Assembly: GCA_031372065.1 (NCBI GenBank)
Contig: JANMKN010000403.1
Span: 1-55,519, forward strand
Reading direction: 5' to 3'
From: Abditibacteriaceae bacterium
Lineage (GTDB): Bacteria > Armatimonadota > Abditibacteriia > Abditibacteriales > Abditibacteriaceae
DNA length: 55,519 bases
Below the pieces are notes generated by a model. The model had not been told where the DNA came from. It worked only from the letters and a program-made list of their open reading frames with translations, and searched no databases. A program made the position numbers and the translations under genes. Shown piece by piece: positions 9,892-18,730 of this stretch. Every line of letters begins with the position of its first letter. The stretch's first letter is position 1.

Positions 9892-10344
9892 ATGCCCGAA
9901 CAAATTCCAGCCAAACCCATTTCGCACACAACTCGCAACATCGAAGGCTGGGCGGTGCGCGTTGACGACCGTTTGTTGCAGCCGGAAAACGAAGCGCAAC
10001 CGCACGGCGTGAGCCATGCGGGTGATCTGATTGATAATGTCGGCAAAAGCGGTCGCCCGATTGTCCTTGTGCATCATGTGGATGTGCATCGCTACTCCGA
10101 AGTCGTGCCGGACAACAAAGTGCTTAACAATGAATGGGATTACGGCGGTGAGCGTGCCTTTTATGGCGTGCCGTTTCTTAATACCGACAACGCCGGCCAT
10201 TTTGTTGGCCCGGCGCAGGCTTTCCTTCACATCGAAATTGATGCGAAGGAATTGCGCGTGCGCGAGTTTGCCACCAGGGACGGCTGGCAAACCGGCGACT
10301 GGACACCGCAACTGTGGAAGTTCGCTTTGAACACAACCGCTTAA
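9892..10344 (+). pseudogene. Mosaic ORF: peptidase-like N-terminal fragment fused to an internally deleted metallophosphoesterase
   Basis: SHTTRNIEGWAVRVDDRLL, then QPHGVSHAGDLIDN (a homolog of 5345-5387), jumping directly to GRPIVLVHHVD and a C-terminal segment. Confidence 0.55.
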
Positions 10345-10390
10345 AAGCTGACGCACCTCAGAAGTTTCAACGTTTCACCGGACAATCTCT

Positions 10391-12994
10391 ATGAAATTCC
10401 CTGTTCTTACGCTGTGTGCCTTAGCTTTGCTTTTATCAAATGCCGCTCCTGATTTTGCCCTCGCACAGGCGCCTTCGGTGGCAATCCGTGTGAATTTGCA
10501 GCAACAAAAAGCGCCGGTTCCGCCCACACTTTACGGCATTTTTCTGGAGGAGATCAGCCATGCCTTCGATGGTGGCCTTTATGGCGAACTGATTCAGAAT
10601 CGCAGCTTTGAAGAAGGCGTGTTGCCGCCCGGTTTAAAGTTGGTCAAAAAAGACGACGGCACGCTCAAAATGGAGCTGGAAAAGCTGCCTCCCGGCGTTC
10701 CCAAGGAAAAATGGGATATGCCGTGGCCCTGGTTCATGGGCATGGGCTGGGATCTCAAACGGGCGCTCCTCGGCTGGTCGCTGCAAAATGAGGGCGGCGC
10801 GCAAGGCGAAATGAACATCACCGATGCTAACCCGATGAACAAAGCATCGAGTCGTTCACTGGCGCTGAGTGTGAACGCTCCGACGGGGCGCGTGGCGCTG
10901 GTCAACAGCGGATATTGGGGCATCAATGTGCAGGCAGGCATGGTTTATCAAGCCGAGTTTCACTTGCGGCCCGGCACCTTCGCGGGCAGCGTGGCGGCGT
11001 CGCTGGAAAGCGAGGACGGGAAAATACTGGCGAGTTTCGACTGCGGCAAAGTGCAGCCGGGCGAAAAATGGAAGCCGATTAAAGCAACGCTTAAGTCCAG
11101 TGGCACCGAAGGGAAGGCGCGTTTTGTGCTGTCGCTCCACGGCAGCGGCGCGTTGCAGGTGGATTGGGTTTCGCTGTTTGGGCCGACCTATAAAAAGCAA
11201 CCGCACGGCCTGCGGCCCGATTTGGCGCAGTATCTGGAAGATTACAAGCCCTCGTTCGTGCGTTACCCCGGAGGGTGCTATGTCGAAGGTTTTTCATGGG
11301 AGCAAGCACCCGACTGGCGCACGATGGTGGCGCCGCCGCGCGAACGTCCCGGCCAGTGGGGTTACTGGGGCTACCGCTCCACCGAGGGTTTTGGATATCA
11401 CGAGTTTTTGCAGTTCTGCGAGGATATTAAGTCTGACGCGATGTATGTGGCGTTCGCGGGCATGACGGTGCATCCCGAAAATAACGTTCCGCTCGGCGAA
11501 ATCGAGCCGGTGATCCAGCAAACTCTGGACGCCATCGAATACGCCATCGGCCCGACGAAGAGCAAATGGGGCGCGGTGCGCGCCAAAATGGGGCATCCTA
11601 AGCCGTTTCCCTTGAAATATGTGGAAATCGGTAACGAACATCCGCCCGCGCTTTACGGCGATTACTACGCGAAGTTTCGCAGCGCGATTAAAGCGAAATA
11701 TCCACACATCACCGTCATAATGAGTATGTTTTGGAGCGGCCTCAATCAAGGCGCGATTGACCGCGCGGGCGATGCCAACATCGACGTGGTGGACGAGCAC
11801 TCCTACAAACCATCTGGCTGGATTCGCAACAACTTCGATTATTTCGACAAATACAAGCGCAACCCATGGAGCATTTACATCGGCGAATACGCGCATCACC
11901 ATAACTCTGGCGATTGGAGCGCGGCGCTGGACGACTCTGTGTATTTAATGATGTTGGAACGCAACGGCGATTTGGTGAAAATGGCCAGCTATGCGCCGCT
12001 TTTTGCCAACGTGAACAAGCGAGATTGGGGCGTGAATCTGATTGAATTCGACAGCGCACGCAGCTTCGCGCACGCTTCGTATTATGTGCAGAAACTTTTC
12101 AACGAAACCCGTCCCGACGTAAACCTTGCGACGGGCGTCGAAGTGCAGCCTAAACCAGACGCGACCCGCCCACTTATGGCCGGCCAGTTCGGTCTTGGCG
12201 CGTGGAACACGCAAACCGAGTTCAAGGAATTGCGCGTTTACGACGAGCAAAACAAGCTGGTTTACAGCGACGATTTTGCGAATCTCGCTAACTGGCAAAC
12301 GCCCGGTATCGGTAAATGGCAGGTGCAGGACGGCGTTTTACGTCAGAGCGAAAACGGTCACAGCCCGGCGATGCTACTTCTCAAAACGCCGGAGTTTAAG
12401 ACCGGAAGAATAACAGTGAAAGCGCGTCGTGTGGGCGGCGGCGAGGGCTTTTTGATGTTTTTCAACGCCACCGACATCAACCGCTTCCTGTTTTGCAACT
12501 ATGGCGCGGCGGGCAACACATTTTCGGCGATTCAAGATCGCGGGCAGCCCGAAGGCGCGGCCTTTCGCGGCGGCAAAAATACGCCCGGCAAAATCGAAGA
12601 CCAGCGCTGGTATGAAATCAGCCTCGTGCTGAGCCGCAACAAAGCTGAAATGTTCCTCGACGGCAAGGCGGTATCGGACGCAAGCGCCGAATATCTGCCG
12701 CAGTTCTTCGCCAACGCCGGCTATCACCACAAAAACGGCACTGTTGTGTTGCGCGCCACCAACTATTCCGCGCAGCCTGTGCGCGCTGAAATCCAACTCG
12801 ATGGTGGCACGATGGGCAGCACGGCGCAACATACGGTTATCAGTTCGGCCACGCCCGATGACGAGAACTCACTCGACAACCCACGCCGTATCGTGCCTCA
12901 GCAACTGCCTCCTATTGCCGTCGCGCCGCAGTTGAGTGTGACGCTGCCGCCTTATTCGGTGAATGTAATAAGGATTCCGGCCAAAATGAAGTGA
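10391..12994 (+). CDS. Alpha-L-arabinofuranosidase, GH51, secreted
   Basis: YGIFLEEISHAFDGGLYGELIQNRSFE, RYPGGC, EIGNE (acid/base), YIGEYA (nucleophile), MASYAPL. Confidence 0.92.
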   Translation: MKFPVLTLCALALLLSNAAPDFALAQAPSVAIRVNLQQQKAPVPPTLYGIFLEEISHAFDGGLYGELIQNRSFEEGVLPPGLKLVKKDDGTLKMELEKLPPGVPKEKWDMPWPWFMGMGWDLKRALLGWSLQNEGGAQGEMNITDANPMNKASSRSLALSVNAPTGRVALVNSGYWGINVQAGMVYQAEFHLRPGTFAGSVAASLESEDGKILASFDCGKVQPGEKWKPIKATLKSSGTEGKARFVLSLHGSGALQVDWVSLFGPTYKKQPHGLRPDLAQYLEDYKPSFVRYPGGCYVEGFSWEQAPDWRTMVAPPRERPGQWGYWGYRSTEGFGYHEFLQFCEDIKSDAMYVAFAGMTVHPENNVPLGEIEPVIQQTLDAIEYAIGPTKSKWGAVRAKMGHPKPFPLKYVEIGNEHPPALYGDYYAKFRSAIKAKYPHITVIMSMFWSGLNQGAIDRAGDANIDVVDEHSYKPSGWIRNNFDYFDKYKRNPWSIYIGEYAHHHNSGDWSAALDDSVYLMMLERNGDLVKMASYAPLFANVNKRDWGVNLIEFDSARSFAHASYYVQKLFNETRPDVNLATGVEVQPKPDATRPLMAGQFGLGAWNTQTEFKELRVYDEQNKLVYSDDFANLANWQTPGIGKWQVQDGVLRQSENGHSPAMLLLKTPEFKTGRITVKARRVGGGEGFLMFFNATDINRFLFCNYGAAGNTFSAIQDRGQPEGAAFRGGKNTPGKIEDQRWYEISLVLSRNKAEMFLDGKAVSDASAEYLPQFFANAGYHHKNGTVVLRATNYSAQPVRAEIQLDGGTMGSTAQHTVISSATPDDENSLDNPRRIVPQQLPPIAVAPQLSVTLPPYSVNVIRIPAKMK

Positions 12995-13020
12995 TTGGAA
13001 GAGAGTTCTAGAGACCGAAT

Positions 13021-16000
13021 ATGAAACGATTTGTTTTATTGGCCCTTTTGTATGCGCTCAGCGGCTTACCGGCCCTGGCGCAGGAAGCGCCGGACGCCAA
13101 TCTTCCCTGGCAGGACAACGAGCGCAAGTTCAAAAGCGACGATCCGCAATATAACTTTCGGCGCTCGGAGCATTTTCGCATCATCTGGGGCAAAGGCGCC
13201 GCGAAAAATGCGAATGAAAACGCCGATTTCGGGCGCGTGACGGAGCAAATCGCGCAAGGCAATCTGCAAATGTTGGAGCGCGTCTGGCACCTTTATCATG
13301 CGCCAGTGGAAAAGGGCGGGTTGGGCATTCCGACGGCAGGCGGTTCGGGCAAAGCCGATGAGAAAGCCATCGGGCAGCGCGTGAACCTGATGATGAATAA
13401 CACCGGCATCTGGGCCGGTGGTGCGTGGGGTTCAATGGATGACTGGGGTTATCCAATTTTCGCCCTCCCGCCAACGTATTTGGCTTTCGATCCACCGTCG
13501 GGCGCTACGCCGCATGAATATGGGCATACGGCGATGATTAACATGGGCGGCTTCAACGATACGCCGTGGGACGGGATGTGGCACGAAGCCAGCGCCAACT
13601 GGGTGCAGCTTCAGTTCATCAATTCGTATTCCGGCCCCGGCGCCGTCGGCACACAGCCGTATCTTTCGGTGCCGCATGGCCGCAATTATTACGATTGCTG
13701 GCAAATCTACGAATACTTCCGCGAAAACCCGGCTTACGGCCCCGGCTTTTACGGCAAGCTGTGGAAAGGCGCCAACGGCAACAAGCAAAAAGGCGGCGAG
13801 TATTTTTGGGACGCAGTAGCGCGACTCGATACCGCGCACGCGCCCGATTCTTACAACGCCACCAAAGATGCCATCGGCAAAATGTCGGCGCGCAATGTGA
13901 TGTGGGATTACGAGCGGCAGGTGTATTTTCAGAAAAACAGCCCCCGCGCGCGCGATCCGCTTAGCGAAACCTATCGCCGTGCCTACACCGAACTGATGCG
14001 CCGTCAGGGCAGCGCGCAGTGGTATCGCGTGCCTTTCGCGCACGCGCCGATGCAGGGCGGCTTCAACGTCCTGCCCATCGCGCTCAACGGCAAAACCGGC
14101 CGCGCTTATCCGGTTTCGGTGAATTTCAAGCCGCTATGGGACGCGCAGCGCCACTCGGATTGGCGCGCCACATTGGTGGCGGTCAACGATAATGGCGAGT
14201 GTCGCTACAGTGCGACGTGGAATGGCGGCGTGAACAGCATCACGCTTTCCTCGGATGAGAATCAGCTTTACCTCTGCGTGGCGGCCACGCCAGATTTCAT
14301 GCCCTACGAAGGCTTTTCGCATCCTCTGATTTCCGATTTGCCGCTGTCGCCGCAGGCTTATGAAGTCGCCTTTATTAACACCAAAGCCGGGCCGTATGAA
14401 TCGAAGCCGGCGCGGCCCAATGTGCCGGGCAAGGCGCATCCCAACGGCGGCGGCTTCGTGGCCGACAGCGCGAAAGTGGCGCCGACAGCTTTCATCGGCC
14501 CGAACGCGATGGTGTTGGGCAACGCGCAAGTGCAAGGCAACGCGCGCCTCGAAGACTTCGCGGCGGCCATTGACAACGCGATTGTCAAAGACAGCGCTAT
14601 TCTCAGCGGACACGCTTTAGTGCGTGAGCGCGCCGAAGTCGGCGGCAACGCCAAAGTGCGCGATTGGGCGATGGTGCAGGGCGGCTGGAAAGTGTCGGAA
14701 AACGCGCGCGTTTTGGAAGACGCCTTTTTGTCGGATAGGGGAGAGTTATCCGGCAACGCGACCATCAAAGGCGTGACGCAGGATTTTGGCAACCCGAAAG
14801 TGAGCGGCTACGCCATCAAGGAAGGCGACTGCTCGAACGGCGCCAACATTGACAAGCAGCTACTAACGTGCTGGGTTTGGGGCACCGACCAGAGTTACGC
14901 CGACAAGCAGCCCGATATCGGCGGCGTTTATTGCAACTTTCGCTTTGACCGTCCCAGCCCGATTTACGCGCGCGACCATTTCGGCGTGCTGCACGGTTAT
15001 CTGATGGGCGCGCCGCGCATCGTGAAACTGGGTGAAAAAGAGCTTCCCGGCGCGCTGCAACTCAACGGCACCGATCAATATATAGAGCTACGGCGCGACG
15101 TGGCCGATTTCAAAGAAACCACTTATGCGCTGTGGGCCAAATGGGATGGCGGCGCAGGTCAGGAGCTTTTGCATTTCGGCGACGGCGCTAAAAAATTTCT
15201 CACGCTGACACCCAAATCCACCGATGGGAAAATGCGGTTCGCAATCTCCGACGGGACGACCACCGAGACGCTCAGCGCGCCTGCACTGCCGCTAAATCGC
15301 TGGACACATGTCGCAGTGACTTTCAAAGGCGATACCGCCACGCTGTTTGTTGATGGCGCGCCGGTTTCGGAAATCAAAAGCACATTGCGCCCCGACGCCG
15401 TGCTGGGGCCAAACGTGCAAAACACCAACGAAGTTACTTTTCTCGGACGCGGCGCACGCGGCGGCTTCTTCAAAGGTTTGATTAGCGATTTTCGCGTCTA
15501 TTCGCTGCCACAGGAAGCGTCAGTTATCACCGCATTAGCAGCAGTGCTGAAAAACCGTGACGCCATGCCGGTTGAAGAGACGCCTCTTGCCAAATCTCCC
15601 GCCGTAATAATGCCAAAGTTTTTGCAGGCGCCGCGCGTGGCGGACGGCGCTGTGCTGATGTCGGCGCTGCGCCCGGCCAACCTCGAAGGCGTGGAATGGC
15701 GTTTTGGCAGGATGGACAATGGCGCCAACAGCGGCTGGATCAGCAGTAATTGCTGGACGGACTGCACCGTCGAGCCGGGCAAAACTTACTCGTATACCTT
15801 CAAAATCCGCGACCAACTCGGCACGGAATCGCGCGCTGCCAAGCCCATTAGCGTTACGATTCCCGCGCTGCCGAAAGCTCCAGCAGCAACCTTTGCCAAC
15901 GCGCCACGCGGCCTAAACGCCACTTCGATTGGCATGACAGCGGCATTGATAGCCGAGCCAAACATGGAATATCGCTTCGCGCGCGATAAAACTGCGCTCG

Positions 16001-16710
16001 GCCCGTGGCAGAGCAGCCGCATTTTCACCGATAAAGCTCTGGCGCAAGGTTCAGCGCATAATTACACGGTGCAGGCGCGCATCGCGGGCGGCTTGCCCGG
16101 CCCCGTTTCGGCGCCGCAAAGTGCGGGGGCGCGCGATGACTCGTCTCCGTCACGCTATCGCATTGGCGAGTGGCAAACCTACCCACTGGCGCTGCTCGAC
16201 AATACGCTGGTGATGAAAGCGCGTGGTCTGCGCGGTGAAAACGACAGCCCGACTATCGAAAGCGAGCCGGTGGAGTATTTCTTCCACTGCGCGCAGGGCG
16301 GCGGCCCCGATAGCGGCTGGATCGCTCAACCATCCTTCAAGACTCCGCCGCTGCCCGATGGCACTTACGTTTATCAATTCAAGACCCGCGACACCTCGCC
16401 GCAGCACAACGAAACCGCTTATTCCGGCGCCGAAACAGTCACGGTTTCTGCTAAAAGCGGCTATCACTCCTTCCAAGTGGCCGATCTGACGGCGCAGGAC
16501 GAAGGCGCGCTTGTCAGCGTCAGCGGCAAAATTACCGCTGTGGCGCCGGATTTTTATACGCTGAGCGATGGCGGCGCACGAATCAAAGTGATGACGCAAG
16601 CCATAGCCGGCGCCACTGATAAACAGTTGCAAGACAAAGACGTGACGGTGCGCGGCTGTCTGTGGATTGTATCGGGCGAAAAGCGTCTGACGTGGTGTGA
16701 GGTGAAATAA
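13021..16710 (+). CDS. Secreted multidomain protein: DUF6055-like zincin, left-handed beta-helix repeats, LamG and FN3-like domains
   Basis: PHEYGH...WHEASANW, HPNGGGFVADSAKVAPTAFIGPNAMVLGNAQV hexapeptide repeats, and WTHVAVT LamG motif. Confidence 0.75.
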   Translation: MKRFVLLALLYALSGLPALAQEAPDANLPWQDNERKFKSDDPQYNFRRSEHFRIIWGKGAAKNANENADFGRVTEQIAQGNLQMLERVWHLYHAPVEKGGLGIPTAGGSGKADEKAIGQRVNLMMNNTGIWAGGAWGSMDDWGYPIFALPPTYLAFDPPSGATPHEYGHTAMINMGGFNDTPWDGMWHEASANWVQLQFINSYSGPGAVGTQPYLSVPHGRNYYDCWQIYEYFRENPAYGPGFYGKLWKGANGNKQKGGEYFWDAVARLDTAHAPDSYNATKDAIGKMSARNVMWDYERQVYFQKNSPRARDPLSETYRRAYTELMRRQGSAQWYRVPFAHAPMQGGFNVLPIALNGKTGRAYPVSVNFKPLWDAQRHSDWRATLVAVNDNGECRYSATWNGGVNSITLSSDENQLYLCVAATPDFMPYEGFSHPLISDLPLSPQAYEVAFINTKAGPYESKPARPNVPGKAHPNGGGFVADSAKVAPTAFIGPNAMVLGNAQVQGNARLEDFAAAIDNAIVKDSAILSGHALVRERAEVGGNAKVRDWAMVQGGWKVSENARVLEDAFLSDRGELSGNATIKGVTQDFGNPKVSGYAIKEGDCSNGANIDKQLLTCWVWGTDQSYADKQPDIGGVYCNFRFDRPSPIYARDHFGVLHGYLMGAPRIVKLGEKELPGALQLNGTDQYIELRRDVADFKETTYALWAKWDGGAGQELLHFGDGAKKFLTLTPKSTDGKMRFAISDGTTTETLSAPALPLNRWTHVAVTFKGDTATLFVDGAPVSEIKSTLRPDAVLGPNVQNTNEVTFLGRGARGGFFKGLISDFRVYSLPQEASVITALAAVLKNRDAMPVEETPLAKSPAVIMPKFLQAPRVADGAVLMSALRPANLEGVEWRFGRMDNGANSGWISSNCWTDCTVEPGKTYSYTFKIRDQLGTESRAAKPISVTIPALPKAPAATFANAPRGLNATSIGMTAALIAEPNMEYRFARDKTALGPWQSSRIFTDKALAQGSAHNYTVQARIAGGLPGPVSAPQSAGARDDSSPSRYRIGEWQTYPLALLDNTLVMKARGLRGENDSPTIESEPVEYFFHCAQGGGPDSGWIAQPSFKTPPLPDGTYVYQFKTRDTSPQHNETAYSGAETVTVSAKSGYHSFQVADLTAQDEGALVSVSGKITAVAPDFYTLSDGGARIKVMTQAIAGATDKQLQDKDVTVRGCLWIVSGEKRLTWCEVK

Positions 16711-16842
16711 CCGGCGCTCGCTTAAAACTGAGCGCAAATACCGAGCGTAACCTTGAAAAACGCAAAGTCTCATACAGTGCAACTCATGCTGTTCCTACGC
16801 TGCACCGCAAACCGCCGATTGGTGATTTTCAAACACACGACC

Positions 16843-18708
16843 ATGAAACACGCTCTTGCCCTTTGTGCCGCTTTGCTAATTTTGCCGACCGGCGCCCTGC
16901 GCGCCCAACAAGCCGCGCCCGCGATTTTGCCCGCGCCCGCCAAAATGACCGTGGAAACCGGCGCTTTCACGCTGAGCGCCGACACGGTGATCGTCGCGGA
17001 TGCGGCCAGCGCCGCCACGGCGCAGCGGCTTGTGGACTACCTGAAACCCGCCACCGGCTTTGCGCTGACGGTAAGTAAGCGCGCGGTTGCCAAAGGCAAA
17101 GGCATCATCGCGCTCACTCAGGACAAGAGTTTGCGATTGGGCGCGGAAGGTTATCGTCTGGTCGTCACGCCGCAAAGCATCAGCATCGCCGCCGCCGAGC
17201 AGGCCGGGGTTTTCTACGGAGTGCAAACTTTGCGGCAGTTGTTGCCCGCGCAGGTTTTCGCTTCCGAAGCGGCCAACGGCGTGACGTGGAGCGTGCCGTG
17301 CGTGACCATCGAAGACCAGCCGCGCTTTGCGTGGCGCGGCCTGATGCTCGATTCGGGGCATGATTTTCAGAATCTCGCGTTTGTTTTTCGCTTCGTGGAT
17401 TTGATGGCGGCGCACAAGTTCAACCTGTTCCACTGGCATCTGACCGATCTGGGCACATGGAGTTGGGAAGTCAAAGGCCGTCCCAAGCTGCTGGAAGCCG
17501 CCACACGCGGGCCGAGCGTCAAACCCGGCTTTTACACGCAGGACGAAATCCGCGAAGTGGTGCGCTATGCGGCGGCGCGGCACATCACCATCATGCCGGA
17601 GATAGATATGCCGGGGCACGAGCCGCCGGCTTTGATTGCCTATCCCGAACTCGACTGCCCGCTGCCGCGCGAGGGCCGTCCGTGGCAGTTTTGCGTGGGC
17701 AACGAAAAGACCTATGAGTTTCTTCAAGAAGTGCTGACGCAGGTGTCGGAACTGTTTCCCGGCAAATATATCCACATCGGCGGCGACGAATGCCCCAAAG
17801 ACCGCTGGCTGAAATGCCCGGTTTGCCTGGGAAAAATGCAAGCCGAAAAGCTGAAGACCGGCGACGAGCTGCAAAGCTACTTCGTGGGGCGCATCGAAAA
17901 GTTTCTGGCGACGAAAAACCGGCGGCTGGTCGGTTGGGACGAAATTCTCGAAGGCGGCCTCACTCCCAACGCCACGGTGATGTCGTGGCGCGGCATGAAA
18001 GGCGGCATTGCCGCCGCCAAAGCCGACCACGACGTGGTGATGGCGCCCACCGAGTGGACGTATTTCGACTATCCCAACACGCCGGTGGAAAAGGTTTACA
18101 GCTTTGAGCCGATTCCGGCGGAGCTAAACGCGGCTCAGACCGCGCACGTTTTGGGCGCGCAGGCGCAAATGTGGACGGATACTCATCCTTCCGAGAGCCA
18201 GATTGACGCTCTGGTTTACCCGCGCGCCGTCGCGCTCTCCGAGGTCGTCTGGTCGCCGGCTTCCGCACGCAACTACGAGGCGTTCGTGGTGCGCCTGCGC
18301 CAGCACCTGCCGCGACTGGCGGCGTTGGGCGTGCGCTACAAGCCGCTGTCGGGCGCGGGCACTTTGATTGGCCGCTGGGGCACGCAGCCCACCACCGAAA
18401 AACCCGGCACCGTGGAATGGCCCATCGAAAAAGGCATCGCCGGGCCGGGCGTCTACGAAGTCACCTTTCAGTATGAAAACGGCAAAAGCCGCCTCGAAAT
18501 GCACAGCGTCGAAATCGTGCAGGACGGCAAAGTGCTGGCCGCCGACAAGCACTTCGGCTTCACCGGCGCGGGCACGCAAAACAACGTCTATCGCGTGGAA
18601 CTACCGCAGCTTTCGACGGCTCCGCTGACGCTGCGCGCCTCAGTCAGCACCGATTGGGGGCCGGATTCGCACGGTCGCGTTACCATCGAAAAAGTTCCGG
18701 TTCCTTAA
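16843..18708 (+). CDS. GH20 beta-N-acetylhexosaminidase-like protein
   Basis: IEDQPRFAWRGLMLD, PEIDMPGH, catalytic HIGGDE, GWDEI, YFDY, YPR; signal peptide. Confidence 0.9.
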   Translation: MKHALALCAALLILPTGALRAQQAAPAILPAPAKMTVETGAFTLSADTVIVADAASAATAQRLVDYLKPATGFALTVSKRAVAKGKGIIALTQDKSLRLGAEGYRLVVTPQSISIAAAEQAGVFYGVQTLRQLLPAQVFASEAANGVTWSVPCVTIEDQPRFAWRGLMLDSGHDFQNLAFVFRFVDLMAAHKFNLFHWHLTDLGTWSWEVKGRPKLLEAATRGPSVKPGFYTQDEIREVVRYAAARHITIMPEIDMPGHEPPALIAYPELDCPLPREGRPWQFCVGNEKTYEFLQEVLTQVSELFPGKYIHIGGDECPKDRWLKCPVCLGKMQAEKLKTGDELQSYFVGRIEKFLATKNRRLVGWDEILEGGLTPNATVMSWRGMKGGIAAAKADHDVVMAPTEWTYFDYPNTPVEKVYSFEPIPAELNAAQTAHVLGAQAQMWTDTHPSESQIDALVYPRAVALSEVVWSPASARNYEAFVVRLRQHLPRLAALGVRYKPLSGAGTLIGRWGTQPTTEKPGTVEWPIEKGIAGPGVYEVTFQYENGKSRLEMHSVEIVQDGKVLAADKHFGFTGAGTQNNVYRVELPQLSTAPLTLRASVSTDWGPDSHGRVTIEKVPVP

Positions 18709-18730
18709 ACCAATCGCTCGGAAAGACAAC

